A DNA stretch of 63,808 nt, the filler included, from Octopus bimaculoides (lineage: Eukaryota), in the NCBI RefSeq assembly GCF_001194135.2. It is 5 parts of 5 records of this genome, joined end to end, with 100 filler letters (N's around TTAATTAATTAA, not from the genome) between each part and the next. Parts side by side here need not be neighbours in the genome. Positions count along the whole stretch, not along the records: positions 1 to 22,221 come from NC_068999.1; 4 more parts are not named here. The stretch is one strand, 5' to 3'. Position 1 is the first letter of the stretch. Each line of letters begins with the position of its first letter. The notes below the pieces were generated by a model, which saw only the letters and a program-made list of their open reading frames with translations, was not told the DNA's origin and ran no database searches. Positions 11,716-22,221 of the stretch are shown piece by piece. The translations under genes and the position numbers were made by a program.

Positions 11716-14700
11716 TCTTCTTTTGGTTTCTCTCAACCAAATCCATTCACAATGATCTGGTTGGCCAAGGGCTATAGTAGAAGACACTTGCCCAAATGTG
11801 GTTGGGAAGCAAACTTCTTATCACACAGCTACGCCTACATCTTAGTTGTCTGAATAACTCGTGTCCTTTATTTCATAGGTGTTCTGATTGCTAACTACGT
11901 TTTCAGATGATAAAAGGGAGCTTGTAGAAGAATACTTACACAGGTAATATTTGACAAACACATGTGGATGAAGGAGTTCAAGAAAGGGGTATCAAAATAC
12001 TTGGACAGGTTTTTCTTGTCAGATATATGTCGCAGCAGCATACAGAATGTGTGGAAACTCATCATTCTCACCTCAAGAGGCTGATGAGGCTGCAACAGAA
12101 ACAACATCAAATAAAGTCCATAACATCAACATAGAACAAACAGGCTACAACATTAATGTGTTTTTCAGGGACACATGCGGCCCCTGACGGTCTACCATCT
12201 ATATAAATATAATTTTTTCTTTAATTGACTTGTGTTTTATATTTTTTGTAACTGCATCCCAACTCTTCCCAAAAAATTCAGGTTTTGGATCTGCCCATAT
12301 ATTAAAAAGGTTAAGTACCACTGCCTTAGACATTTAACTCTCACAGCTTAATTCACTAACTGTAAATGAAACCACCAGTAGGTTGTACAACTCTACAAAA
12401 GAAATCCATTTTATTGCGACATCAGCACTAGTGAGTTTGCTGTATATCATGTGAGGTCTGACTATCCCCACTCCCCCTGTGATATATTTGTATCTTTAAG
12501 GTAACATGTCCAAGGAGGTGGATATATATAGATAAATAGATATAAATAATACAAAATGGGACAAGAACGCAAAACATCCAGACAGTTAGGTGATACAAGA
12601 AAGGGACAACAAAACATCCAGACAGTTAGGTGATACAAGAAAGGGACAACAAAACATCCAGACAGTTAGGTGATACAAGAAAGGGACAACAAAACATCCA
12701 GACAGTTAGGTGATNNNNNNNNNNNNNNNNNNNNNNNNNNNNNNNNNNNNNNNNNNNNNNNNNNNNNNNNNNNNNNNNNNNNNNNNNNNNNNNNNNNNNN
12801 NNNNNNNNNNNNNNNNNNNNNNNNNNNNNNNNNNNNNNNNNNNNNNNNNNNNNNNNNNNNNNNNNNNNNNNNNNNNNNNNNNNNNNNNNNNNNNNNNNNN
12901 NNNNACAAGAAAGGGACAACAAAACATCCAGACAGTTAGGTGATACAAGAAAGGGACAACAAAACATCCAGACAGTTAGGTGATACAAGAAAGGGACAAC
13001 AAAACATCCAGATGGACGATACAAAGAAAACAAGGACGAGTCATTCAGAGTTTTCTTTCATCAGTCGAGTTCCAGATTATCTTTGCAATTTCGGCTGGTT
13101 ATACTCGATATTGCTCCAATCTGGCCAGCCCAAGGACAAACTAAGCTAAGAGCATTAGATTCCTTGGAAGGAAGCAGCGAATGTATACAAAAACAAGGAC
13201 GGAAAAAAACAAACAATGTTACACATGATGGACTCTTCTGTTGAAGACGTCATATGAGTGTTCAGCTTTTACCAAACGACGACCTGCACAAATGGTTTGT
13301 TTGTAGTGATCAAAAGGAATTGGGATACAAAAGGAATTGTATTTATTGAGTATTTTCAAAAAGGGCTACATCATCAATGGAGAGTACTATGCCAACTTGC
13401 AACATAAAAAAAATTGCAGCAACAGCAGTAATGTTATGACAAAATAAATGTATCTTAAAAGTAAAGAAAAGGGAAAAACAAGTTGTGACTACTCACCTTG
13501 AGGAAAGACAATGTTTTTTCCAACCAATATTTGGCATGGTCTGATTGGATGTCATTGTTGCACTGACATGCAGCACGTTGCAGCAGCAGTAGTCCAAACC
13601 ATCTGTAATCAATAACAGGAGATGTCACACAGAGCAATGCTGTATGTTTTTTAAAATGTCTAAGCTATAGTGAGATGTATGTATGATATAATGAATTTAT
13701 CATTATATATGTGTGAAAACTACATTTCATTTTCCTGGCTGAGATTCGAAACAGAATCTAAAAATTCTCACTCACTGGATCCACCCGCTATTTGCTGACG
13801 AAGCATGAAAATCTCTTTGTCCTGTCAAAATGATTGATGAGTTTCCACTCGACCTCTGACCTGGCTGTGTCATGGAAAGTTCAAATGAACATAAGCCACT
13901 CTCATAACGGTATATCCATCCTTCTAGCTAGAATGGGCCATTACAAATACCAATTTTGTAGGCAGACATGGACAGTGAGCAAAGTGAGCCGAGGGAAACG
14001 AGAGAGATAGCTATGGACCCGACAGAGCAAACGAGAGACAACACAGCAGAAACAATGCGTGAAGGCACACACGGATGCAAAGTATGTCTTTGTACAGTCT
14101 TGTCCCATCAACATTCTCTTTCCTCCATTTTACTTTGCTCGGTGTACACAACTTTGCCGACTCGGAGTAGTTGGTTGCATTATGTAGCAGTATATTTGTT
14201 TATATTTCAAATCAAGCTTTCAGTATCCAACAAGTGAATGCAACTATGACCAAATAAATAAGGCAAACTACATTCCTATTCGTTTTCCATCGACACCAGT
14301 CCAACATCTGCTACACCGGACACCTTACATTGATCCCTTAACATTACATTCTACTACATAGGCACAGGTAGGTGTTCACCAAGGTTTGGTTCTCAGCCCC
14401 TTCCTATTCATCATCATCCTCCAGGTCATAACAGACGAATTTAAGACTGGAAACCCTTGGGATCTACTATATGCTGATGATCTGACTGTCATAGCAGAAT
14501 CTATAATAAAATTAGGAAAATTCCAGGCGTGGAAACACAACCTGGAATCAAAGGGCCTTAAAATTACGTTAGCAAAGATCAAGGTCCCAGTAAGTAATAA
14601 ATCAGACAGGACCCTACTCACTTCTGGTAAATGACCCTACTTGATATGTAGGAAATGTGTAGACAGAAATTCCATTTGCTGTACCCAGTGCAAGCTATGG

Positions 14701-17680
14701 ACATACAAAAGGTGCAGTGGAATAGTAGGAAGGTTAACGGAGAAAATAGTGTTTGTGTATGCAAGATGTACAGGAGTCATAAAGACTATAAATACATGGA
14801 AAAATAATTTCCTCAAATGCCCCAAAGGCCCTCTGGAAGTCATAGCTAATTTCTGCTACCTAGATGACCTAATTAGCAGTAGAGGAGGATGTACTGAAAG
14901 TGTAATTGCTAGAATAAGATGGAGAAGGTTGAGAGAGCTTTTACCTCTGTTGGCAACCAAAGGTCATTCTCTCCGAGTGAAAAGAAGATTGTATGATGCC
15001 TGTAAACGAACTGCAATGTACATGGTAGTGAGACATGGGCCCTGAATGCAGAGGATAAGCGAAGACTAGAGAAGAATGCAGTTGGTATGCTCTGCTGCAT
15101 GTGCAATGTCTGTGTACATGTGTGAAAGCATGTACAGTGTATTGAGAAAAAAGTTAAGCATAAGAGGAATTATATGCAATGTGAAAGAGAGGAGACTGCA
15201 CTGGTTTGGTCATGTGATGCAGATGGATGAGGACAGTTGCATAAGCAAGTGTTGACCACTTCACTTAAATTGGAGGGAAGTTGTGGAAGAGGGAAACTCA
15301 AGAAGTCATGGGACAAAGTATTGAAGGCCAATCTCAAAATGCTGAGCCTTATGAAAGAGATAACAGAGGATTGAGATATGTGGTACGTTACCGTACTCCA
15401 GACATGCCCACTACAACAATTGAGATCCTAACACCAAAGTGTTATGTAAGAAGCACTGGTGTTGGTGCCATGTAAAAAGCATTGGTGTCTCCTCTACATT
15501 ATACAACAAAACCCCAAAACACCGTTCTTTTATAGATCCAGGTCAGCCTAGATTAAGTTTCCAACCAAGACCATCTTGTATTTTTAAACTTAGTGATTTA
15601 GAACTACATCATCTAAGGTGCCTTTATTTTAAGATGGTAAAATTCAAAGGAGCTTGAACTATTATTTCTAGCAGATTAAACAATAATTTGGAGGCTTTTT
15701 TGTTGGCTGAATGTATGTGAATGTGTGTGTATATGCATATGCATTTGTTTGTGCACATGTTGATCAATGCACATATGTATCCAACTTTCATTTGACTAAC
15801 ATAATGTCATCAGGAATGTGACACAAGTCATTCAGAAGCCCAGCCTTTAATGGGGTGACAGGGAAAATGTTGACAACCTGTGAAGAGCATTGTCTCATTT
15901 TAAGGACAAGATTATTATTGTGTAAAGTACAGAATTTATAGCAAATAAAAATTACCTGTGTTTTGGTGATTCAAGAAGTGTGTGGATTTCCTTAAAAACT
16001 TTGTCAAGGGCTAGTGATTTCTGGAAAAGAAAGGTATCAAAATTAGCCACAGTTAACGAATTGTGTACATATAAAAGTTTGCTTTTATAGAAAGGAATCA
16101 GGCACAATGTGGCATTATGAGGGAAAGAACAGTAAGAGCAAATAAGGTTTATCAGGAGATGAGCAATCTTTTCTAAAGTACCATTCTAGATTGTTGAACT
16201 GACAGAAATGTTACAGTCAGATGGGACACCTTGTGATATTTCTTCTAGCTCTTTACATTCTGAGCTCAAATTTCATGACGGCCAATGTATGTGGCATATT
16301 TCGTCCATTACCTGGCATACTGGGTGATTCAGCAGAGTCCATATTGTTGCCAGTATTCAGGTCAGGCCTGCAGCTTGAGTAAACCTTCTTCCCTCACTCT
16401 CACCAATTTTGGAGGCTATGTAAAGGGTCAAGGGTACTGATCTTTAACACACAAAAAAAAAAAGAACCCCAAAAAACTCCAAGGTGGATTTTAAGGACCA
16501 GGGCTTGAAATTGGTTACATGGAATGACTAAGGACAAATAACTTGTTTGGGATATAATGGTACATCAACGTCCACCAAATGAGTTCTTACGAATGAGGGT
16601 TGGGTGAACTGAAGTCATGTTCTGTTTAGAAATGCAATAAAATGATTGGAGCAGTTTTGAACTTCTTATATATGAGTTGGTCATCCATTCAGCTATCTCA
16701 TGTCTACAATAGGTTAAATAATGAGAAGAACATTGGCAGAAAGTGTCACATTTTAGGGAAGGATATAGTTAAGGTCAACTTTCCACCTCAAAGGATGATA
16801 AGTGTACTTAAATACTAAGGAGGCTCAACTAAATGCTACAAGGCATTTGTGCGACATCCTACAAATAGTCAATAGGACTGACATCACATACAGAGCATTT
16901 ATAAAAAGTAATTAACATTGCCAATTAGCTGGCTGAGATAACAGCTGACAGGTTGGAAGTTCCTCTCACCGATAAAGTCACTTTGTTGTCATCTATAACC
17001 ACAACATCAGTGCCTGGTAGATATTGCTTTAGCTAACTTTATCATAAACACGTATTCGTCATTTAACTTGCACAGCCCAGCTTATATCCATCCTTCTGGG
17101 TCTTGAGAAGGAAGCAGGAATTACTAAATTATCAGCACAATCGATTAAGGGAGATTTCTTCACTGCTGTTTCAAAAACATTGGTTCCACACACACATATA
17201 TAAACGACTTAGTGCTTAACAGAGGAGGGAAACATTGAAAAGCTATTATTTAAATGTAAACAATAAGCAAAAAGGGAAGAAGTCCGTTGTATTGATTTAT
17301 GAATTCATTTACTATAAAGACAAAAAGTCTGTACTAAATTCAAACCCAACCAAGTTAATAACAAAGAAACACTCTACTTATAACTCCAGTTATATTCTGA
17401 AATGTTTATATATCTACATATTGAAATTATCCGACAACAAAACAAGGCACCAAGTCATGCCTCGTAGATACACGTGCTAAAATGCTGGCAGTCTTTATAA
17501 ATAAACGATTCAATTTTTGAATGAAACAACAAAAGAACGAGCATTTACTTCGTATGAGAAAAGCTGGTAGTCATCAATGAGATGCAGGAGGTGAAATTTG
17601 TCGATATTCGGCTCACCTAAATGAGCAAGTTGATTTTGTACTATGTTACACAGGACAGTTTGATCGCAACCAACAGCCAT
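104..17680 (-). CDS. PELP1: PELP1/Rix1 homologue (rixosome / pre-60S factor), multi-exon gene span; 3' end probably beyond window start
   Basis: 16 exons with GT-AG boundaries; from exon 3 onward they join in consistent phase into one open frame. Peptides align colinearly with human PELP1 as recalled, e.g. HRWFGLLLL~TRFEGLCLL, CPNQSIQSLTYCVEKFPQSADLFK~CEQSALEGMKACMTYFPRACGSLK, FLISHILRDI~LLTHLLSDI, LAVKALTALRWIILTTGPRI~VCAAALRGLSRTILMCGPLI. Confidence 0.85.
971..1026 (-). CDS. PELP1: PELP1 exon 16 (LRWIILTTGPRINAKFLN)
   Basis: tttcttttacag acceptor, GTAAGT donor; 56 nt, phase 1 to 0. Confidence 0.85.
1248..1335 (-). CDS. PELP1: PELP1 exon 15 (LLNTNKKGRPNPLKSQNTTEGDLAVKALT)
   Basis: tttcatcaccag acceptor, CAG|GTAAGT donor; 88 nt, phase 0 to 1. 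Confidence 0.85.
1569..1707 (-). CDS. PELP1: PELP1 exon 14 (NTKAEIYSCLAFYLQV...HILRDINIEESTMK)
   Basis: ttttcacttttcaag acceptor, AAG|GTGAGA donor; 139 nt, phase 2 to 0. Confidence 0.85.
2191..2298 (-). CDS. PELP1: PELP1 exon 13 (IRSLLAPFTLIVNDLFTKFLN...ILVY)
   Basis: gtctttttcag acceptor, AG|GTGGGT donor; 108 nt, phase 2 to 2. Confidence 0.85.
2785..3195 (+). mobile_element. SINE family B in a PELP1 intron
   Basis: Head GGCTGTGGTAAGAAGCTTGC, CATGGGCAAGTGTCTT, internal (TA)n. Confidence 0.8.
3455..3792 (+). mobile_element. LINE 3'-end-type dispersed repeat (GCTGGATGCCCTTCCTAACGCCAAC motif)
   Basis: Similar segments at about 370-590, 11030-11250 and 11420-11640; parent element not identified. 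Confidence 0.55.
4111..4202 (-). CDS. PELP1: PELP1 exon 12 (SMQSLRKELYTSYQPVLIQQATSLLACLIK)
   Basis: ttcacag acceptor, GTAAGT donor; 92 nt, phase 0 to 2. Confidence 0.85.
5558..5651 (-). CDS. PELP1: PELP1 exon 11 (KPAVKSSDTFRFNILGILQLFHRFIDIGSKK)
   Basis: ctttttctag acceptor, AAG|GTACAG donor; 94 nt, phase 2 to 0. Confidence 0.8.
6395..6542 (-). CDS. PELP1: PELP1 exon 10 (FQPLVLDNAM...KIRFGMACIDNLI)
   Basis: tttttctatag acceptor, AA|GTAAGT donor; 148 nt, phase 1 to 2. Confidence 0.8.
7010..7111 (-). CDS. PELP1: PELP1 exon 9 (EHRSSVKSEFTNIEWHVTNIHHLLNLIVEEGDS)
   Basis: ctatag acceptor, CAG|GTTTGT donor; 102 nt, phase 1 to 1. Confidence 0.8.
7185..7530. repeat. Degenerate ~15-bp purine-rich minisatellite (GGAGGGAGAGAGTGT / GAAGGGTGACAGTGT)
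   Basis: About 20 diverged units directly downstream of the exon 8 donor. Confidence 0.8.
7550..7601 (-). CDS. PELP1: PELP1 exon 8 (FMDIGIALLCTSLFLSA)
   Basis: tttttctttttag acceptor, GTTTGA donor (weaker); 52 nt, phase 0 to 1 as required by its neighbours. Confidence 0.7.
8746..8802 (-). CDS. PELP1: PELP1 exon 7 (HQVGEDWINKLFLQNIPAK)
   Basis: Long pyrimidine tract + tag acceptor, AAG|GTATGT donor; 57 nt. Confidence 0.8.
10437..10508 (-). CDS. PELP1: PELP1 exon 6 (CPNQSIQSLTYCVEKFPQSADLFK)
   Basis: ttttacattttcag acceptor, AAG|GTGGGT donor; 72 nt. Confidence 0.85.
11940..12089 (-). CDS. PELP1: PELP1 exon 5 (PHQPLEVRMMSF...MCLSNITC)
   Basis: ttctgttgcag acceptor, GTAAGT donor; 150 nt, phase 0 to 0. 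Confidence 0.85.
12551..13011. repeat. 40-bp minisatellite (ACAAGAAAGGGACAACAAAACATCCAGACAGTTAGGTGAT)n spanning a 190-nt gap
   Basis: Identical units on both sides of the gap; ORF starts spaced exactly 40 nt apart. Confidence 0.95.
13300..13405 (+). mobile_element. Mariner/Tc1 transposase fragment
   Basis: WDTKGIVFIEYFQKG/YIINGEYYANL with one frameshift, typical of the mariner DD34D region. Confidence 0.6.
13497..13602 (-). CDS. PELP1: PELP1 exon 4 (WFGLLLLQRAACQCNNDIQSDHAKYWLEKTLSFLK)
   Basis: gattacag acceptor, AAG|GTGAGT donor; 106 nt, phase 2 to 0. Confidence 0.85.
14360..15420 (+). mobile_element. RTE-clade LINE, 5'-truncated degenerate RT and C-terminus (PELP1 intron, antisense to gene)
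   Basis: VHQG-VLSPFLF, LLYADDL, FCYLDDLIS, ELLPLL...RLYDAC motifs spread over frameshifted ORFs. Confidence 0.85.
15956..16020 (-). CDS. PELP1: PELP1 exon 3 (KSLALDKVFKEIHTLLESPKHR)
   Basis: Acceptor cctttcttttccag, donor AG|GTAATT; phase 0 to 2, joins exon 4 as R-WFG. Confidence 0.8.
17617..17680 (-). CDS. PELP1: PELP1 exon 1 (MAVGCDQTVLCNIVQNQLAHL), phase 1 end
   Basis: ATG in gtgaaaATGG context; strong donor TTAG|GTGAGC; CpG-containing flank. Confidence 0.65.
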
Positions 17681-17760
17681 TTTCACACCGAGAACACAAG
17701 TGACTACTTCTACATTACCGCCACCTGGACTAAGGGGAGTAACTACTATCCGAAAATTCT
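17674..17760 (-). promoter_or_regulatory. Putative PELP1 promoter / 5' UTR with YY1-like AAAATGGC overlapping the start codon
   Basis: Plus-strand cagccatttt at 17674-17683; locally CpG-containing. The motif is short, so support is weak. Confidence 0.3.
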
Positions 17761-18039
17761 TCAGAACTGCTTTTCTTTCTTTTATCTCAGACCGGTTGAC
17801 AAGTTAGAATATATATATATATATATATATATTTGCGCGTATCTATCTATCTATCTGTGTAAATAAATAATTAGTTGTCTCTAAGTGAGAGAAAAAAAAA
17901 TCTTTATGAAAAAGTGAGCAGTTATATTTTTATGTAGCCGATCAGTATATTACTAGTTATGGCATATTACTGGTCAAGTTGTTAACCGTGGCCGGAAGCC
18001 ACCTTGTCTAAAGAGTTGTCAATATCGCTAAATGCAAAA

Positions 18040-18455
18040 AGGTGGCGAGCCGGCAGAATCGTTAGTATGCCGGACAAAATGCTGAGCAGTTTTTCGTCTG
18101 TCTACGTTCTGAGTTCAAATTTCGCCTAGGTGCTTTACCTTCCATCCTTTCAGGGTCGATAAAGTAAGTAACAGTTGAGTACTGGAGTCGTTGTTATCAG
18201 CTTTATCCCTCTCCCGATATTGCTGGCCTTGTGTCAAAATTTGAAACCAATATTGCTAAGCGCAAAAAGGCAGCATCTGGCAGAATCGTTAGCACGCCGA
18301 GCAAAATGGTTAGCTGCATTTCGTACTTCTTTATGTTCTGAGTTAAAATTCTGTCGCGGTTGACTTTGCCCTTTATCCGTTCATGGTCGAATAAATAAGT
18401 ACCAGTTGAATACTGGGATCGAAATTGGTGGCCTTGTTCTAAAATTTGAAATCAG
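18040..18455 (+). mobile_element. Two tandem copies of SINE family C (GGCGAGCTGGCAGAATCGTTAGC head; CTTTCATCCTTTCGGGGTCGATAAA central domain)
   Basis: Other copies at about 7690-7870, 22375-22580, 33880-34095, 59945-60320 (+) and 32900-33570, 35000-35140, 42535-42642, 58030-58330 (-). The central domain resembles Sauria/Meta-type SINE domains from memory. Confidence 0.75.
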
Positions 18456-20596
18456 CGTTGCTAAATGCAGTAGTTAGTGCAAAACCGACAGTAACATTCT
18501 GACCAGTTACCTTATTTGATAGCGTATTAATCACACCTCAATTTAGTTGGAGAAGACAGCGTTCGTGCCCCTTTACAAGGCCTCCGCTTCTAGAGGCCCA
18601 AATACTTACAACAGAATGGATTTCGCAAAAAAGGCACCCATGTAATCGTGTTAAAGCAGGTGACAGATTAAGTGTGTCACACAAGCCGAAATCGGAACAC
18701 GTACCGCAAGACATCTAGTTTGATGTTCTTACATTTTCGCTCATCAACCGCCCTGAATTAGTACCTATTCTGTTGACTCTGATCTGAGAGGGAAAAGGCG
18801 AAGTCACCTTAGAAAGATTTGAACTCAGAGCGCCGATGTTTTAGAACAAATGTCACAAAGCATTCATTGTATGGTGTCTTGCGCGCACGCGCGCACACAT
18901 GTATGTATGTGTCTATGTATACTCGAATACAATAAACGTGTTCATGCATTTTATAGGCTTTATGTAAATGTGGTATAGTTTGGGGTTATAAGGGTTGTTA
19001 CATTGTGTAAGAACCAGTTTGTATGAAAACAAATATCACACGATATTATGCGACGGTATTTTTTTTTTAATCCTTTATCTTTAAAACTTGTTTCAGCTAT
19101 TTGACTGGGGTCATGCAGGGGCACCGCCTTGAAGGGTTTTAGACGAACAAATCGACTCAAGGACTTACAAAGACCGAAACAATATTGTGACTAATAAAGG
19201 AAATAGCAAGTTTGTGTAAACGGATCCAAAATTACATGAGTTTAGTCGAGCAGTTGCTATTAAGAAACATAGTTTTATATATATATATATATATNNNNNN
19301 NNNNNNNNNNNNNNNNNNNNNNNNNNNNNNNNNNNNNNNNNNNNNNNNNNNNNNNNNNNNNNNNNNNNNNNNNNNNNNNNNNNNNNNNNNNNNNNNNNNN
19401 NNNNNNNNNNNNNNTATATATAGTACGAATAAAAACAAAGTGTATCTCAAGTTCTTGGCAATGTTACCAAACTCACTCATTCGAGAATTCTGAGATAGTT
19501 ATCAAAGTTCCAGGTAAGATATAGTTTGAAATTAACTTTCTAACTAGAAAATATAAGTATATAATTACTGAGACATATTTATTCAGATGAAAACTTTTCA
19601 AATACAAACACGACATATATTTAAAATACACAATGACGACATATACACCCTCATCCTTCTCTTTCTCTCTCCACACACGCAAGTACAATAACATATACAA
19701 AACAACAGTTCATGCAACCTAATAATGCATAGACACAGCCGTGCGAAACATAAATAAACACGATGATGGACACAAACAGGTCCCTACATGCATCTGTATT
19801 GTATATATGTATGTATGTGTGTGTGTGTGTATATATATATATATGTATATATATATATGAGAGATTTAGAAAATGTAATATTTCTAATTTTATATATATA
19901 TTAGCAGGAATGCGACACCGATAGTGTCTCTGTGATCACTCGATCTGCTAGAAATAACCGCCAAATTTCTCTCATACCATGCCCTATCGTCTTATGAAAC
20001 GAACGGTACATTGGATTGTGTATTTCAAAGTATATTTAAGACAGAATGGTCATAGAATGTATTTCATCATAGATTTACTCAGTCAGAGCCGCCATGAACT
20101 TAAAACAACAAACCTACAGGCGCAGAGTAAGAAGCAGAAACAATACCCGAAACAACTGGGCGGAGATTTGGGAATAACTGCCCTTCGAAGTCCCATATTT
20201 CATAAGAAAAGAAATGAGTACAGATGTGAGTGTGTATGTTTGCGAATAGGAACAAAAATGCGAGTAATTGAAATTTTGGGAAAACATTTTATTCGAAATC
20301 GTAATTTCCATTGTGTGAAATACTGGAAGATTAATAATTAAAGGGAGGGGATAAACTTTTTTTCCTTGCTTATGAAGTATGGTACTATTTCAAAACCTCC
20401 GCCAACAGCTGTTTATGCCACGGGTGGAATTGATAGGGGATGGGAGCTAAAAAAAGACACTACCGTACTCACTCGAGAAAATAAAACTTACAAAACAGTT
20501 AATTAGTTCAAGGGTTATGGAACCCTTATTTCCCAACATGTAAGTAACCGGTACTACTAAAGCAGCGTGGCCCCGAACGCGCAGTCGCGCAGTCAT

Positions 20597-20796
20597 GCGT
20601 CCGCGCTAGCTAGTCGTGAGTGGTCGATCCTAATCCTAACCCTAACCCTAACCCTAACCCTACCCTAACCCTATCCCTAACCCTAACCCTATCCCTAACC
20701 CTATCCCTAACCCTAACCCTAAATACGTATTCATTTGCACACGCGTGCGCGCACTTTTTGTAGGATCGACCACTCACGACCAGCTAGCGCGGACGC
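20597..20796. mobile_element. Inverted-repeat-bounded element (36-bp arms, 1 mismatch) enclosing the telomeric array
   Basis: 20597-20632 is the reverse complement of 20761-20796 with a single A/G difference. Confidence 0.6.
20629..20722. repeat. Interstitial telomere-type array (CCCTAA)n with CCCTAT variants
   Basis: About 15 units read directly from the sequence. Confidence 0.95.
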
Positions 20797-22012
20797 GCAA
20801 CNNNNNNNNNNNNNNNNNNNNNNNNNNNNNNNNNNNNNNNNNNNNNNNNNNNNNNNNNNNNNNNNNNNNNNNNNNNNNNNNNNNNNNNNNNNNNNNNNNN
20901 NNNNNNNNNNNNNNNNNNNNNNNNNNNNNNNNNNNNNNNNNNNNNNNNNNNNNNNNNNNNNNNNNNNNNNNNNNNNNNNNNNNNNNNNNNNNNNNNNNNN
21001 NNNNNNNNNNNNNNNNNNNNNNNNNNNNNNNNNNNNNNNNNNNNNNNNNNNNNNNNNNNNNNNNNNNNNNNNNNNNNNNNNNNNNNNNNNNNNNNNNNNN
21101 NNNNNNNNNNNNNNNNNNNNNNNNNNNNNNNNNNNNNNNNNNNNNNNNNNNNNNNNNNNNNNNNNNNNNNNNNNNNNNNNNNNNNNNNNNNNNNNNNNNN
21201 NNNNNNNNNNNNNNNNNNNNNNNNNNNNNNNNNNNNNNNNNNNNNNNNNNNNNNNNNNNNNNNNNNNNNNNNNNNNNNNNNNNNNNNNNNNNNNNNNNNN
21301 NNNNNNNNNNNNNNNNNNNNNNNNNNNNNNNNNNNNNNNNNNNNNNNNNNNNNNNNNNNNNNNNNNNNNNNNNNNNNNAATTTTGGTGTTCAACAATCAA
21401 TATTCTTTTTCTCTGTTGGATTCCAACTCAATTATTTCCCATACTGATGTTTAATTTCGTAACTTTCAAGTTTTAAAAAATATTGTCTAAAATGGGATAA
21501 AATGAATAATGACGAATTTTAATAATTTCTTTCCCTTTAACTGCACGGTGTGTAAATATATTACTAAGAGCACGGTCCAGCAGATTGAGAAGCTATAGAA
21601 AATATTTTATGTCGATTTTCTTTTTTACTTTGTCAAGTTTCGTTAATTTCATATCATGTGTCATTTTCCCCCGAGCCTCTTTCATTTGACATAGATATTA
21701 AAATTTATTTTTGCATTTCTCATCTTTCTAGGGATGGATATTGATGTTTATGAGTCTGTTTTCTGGAGAATTGAAGTGGCAAATTTACCTTATCTAGTCA
21801 TTTTGCTCTAGCGAAATTTGTCTTTTATATGCTCAAAGAGAAGGGTGATAGGTTTCTGAAATAGTGACCAAATTATGTCATAGTGGTATTATTGCATCTA
21901 GAGAAGGCCATTTGCTTAGCTAATATTGCTTTTGTAAGATAGTAAACATTTGTAAAGAAATATATTCTGCTTCAAAGCCAAACGTGCAGTAAAAACTCAT
22001 TGTACCCCAACC

Positions 22013-22043
<31 letters not shown>

Positions 22044-22221
22044 TGTATGTGTGTGTGTGTATGTATGTGGGGTGTGGGTTCGACTCCCACGCGGATAGGA
22101 AAGCCTTCGCTCCTTTATTAGACAAATTTCCTTAGTCATTGCACGGTGATCGCCATGCGCTGTAAGCTTATATAAAAATACCATTATTATTATTTACAGT
22201 ATTGTAAACTCGGCGCCGTAT

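Noticed and set aside
12081-12105. CTGATGAGGCTGCAACAGAAAC
   Set aside because: No helix II pairing; a chance match antisense to the exon 5 acceptor.
12551-13011. Regular 40-bp repeats as a CRISPR array
   Set aside because: Units are directly adjacent with no unique spacers, and the context is a eukaryotic intron.
13025-13075. CUGAUGA...GAAU GACUCGUC on the minus strand as a hammerhead
   Set aside because: Helix II and the GAAA/helix III register do not fit; at most a highly decayed relic.
17716-17732. CTCF-like CGCCACCTGG near the PELP1 start (and TAGCGCCCCTGAAGG at about 46297)
   Set aside because: Only partial matches to the motif; not supportable without a PWM scan or ChIP data.
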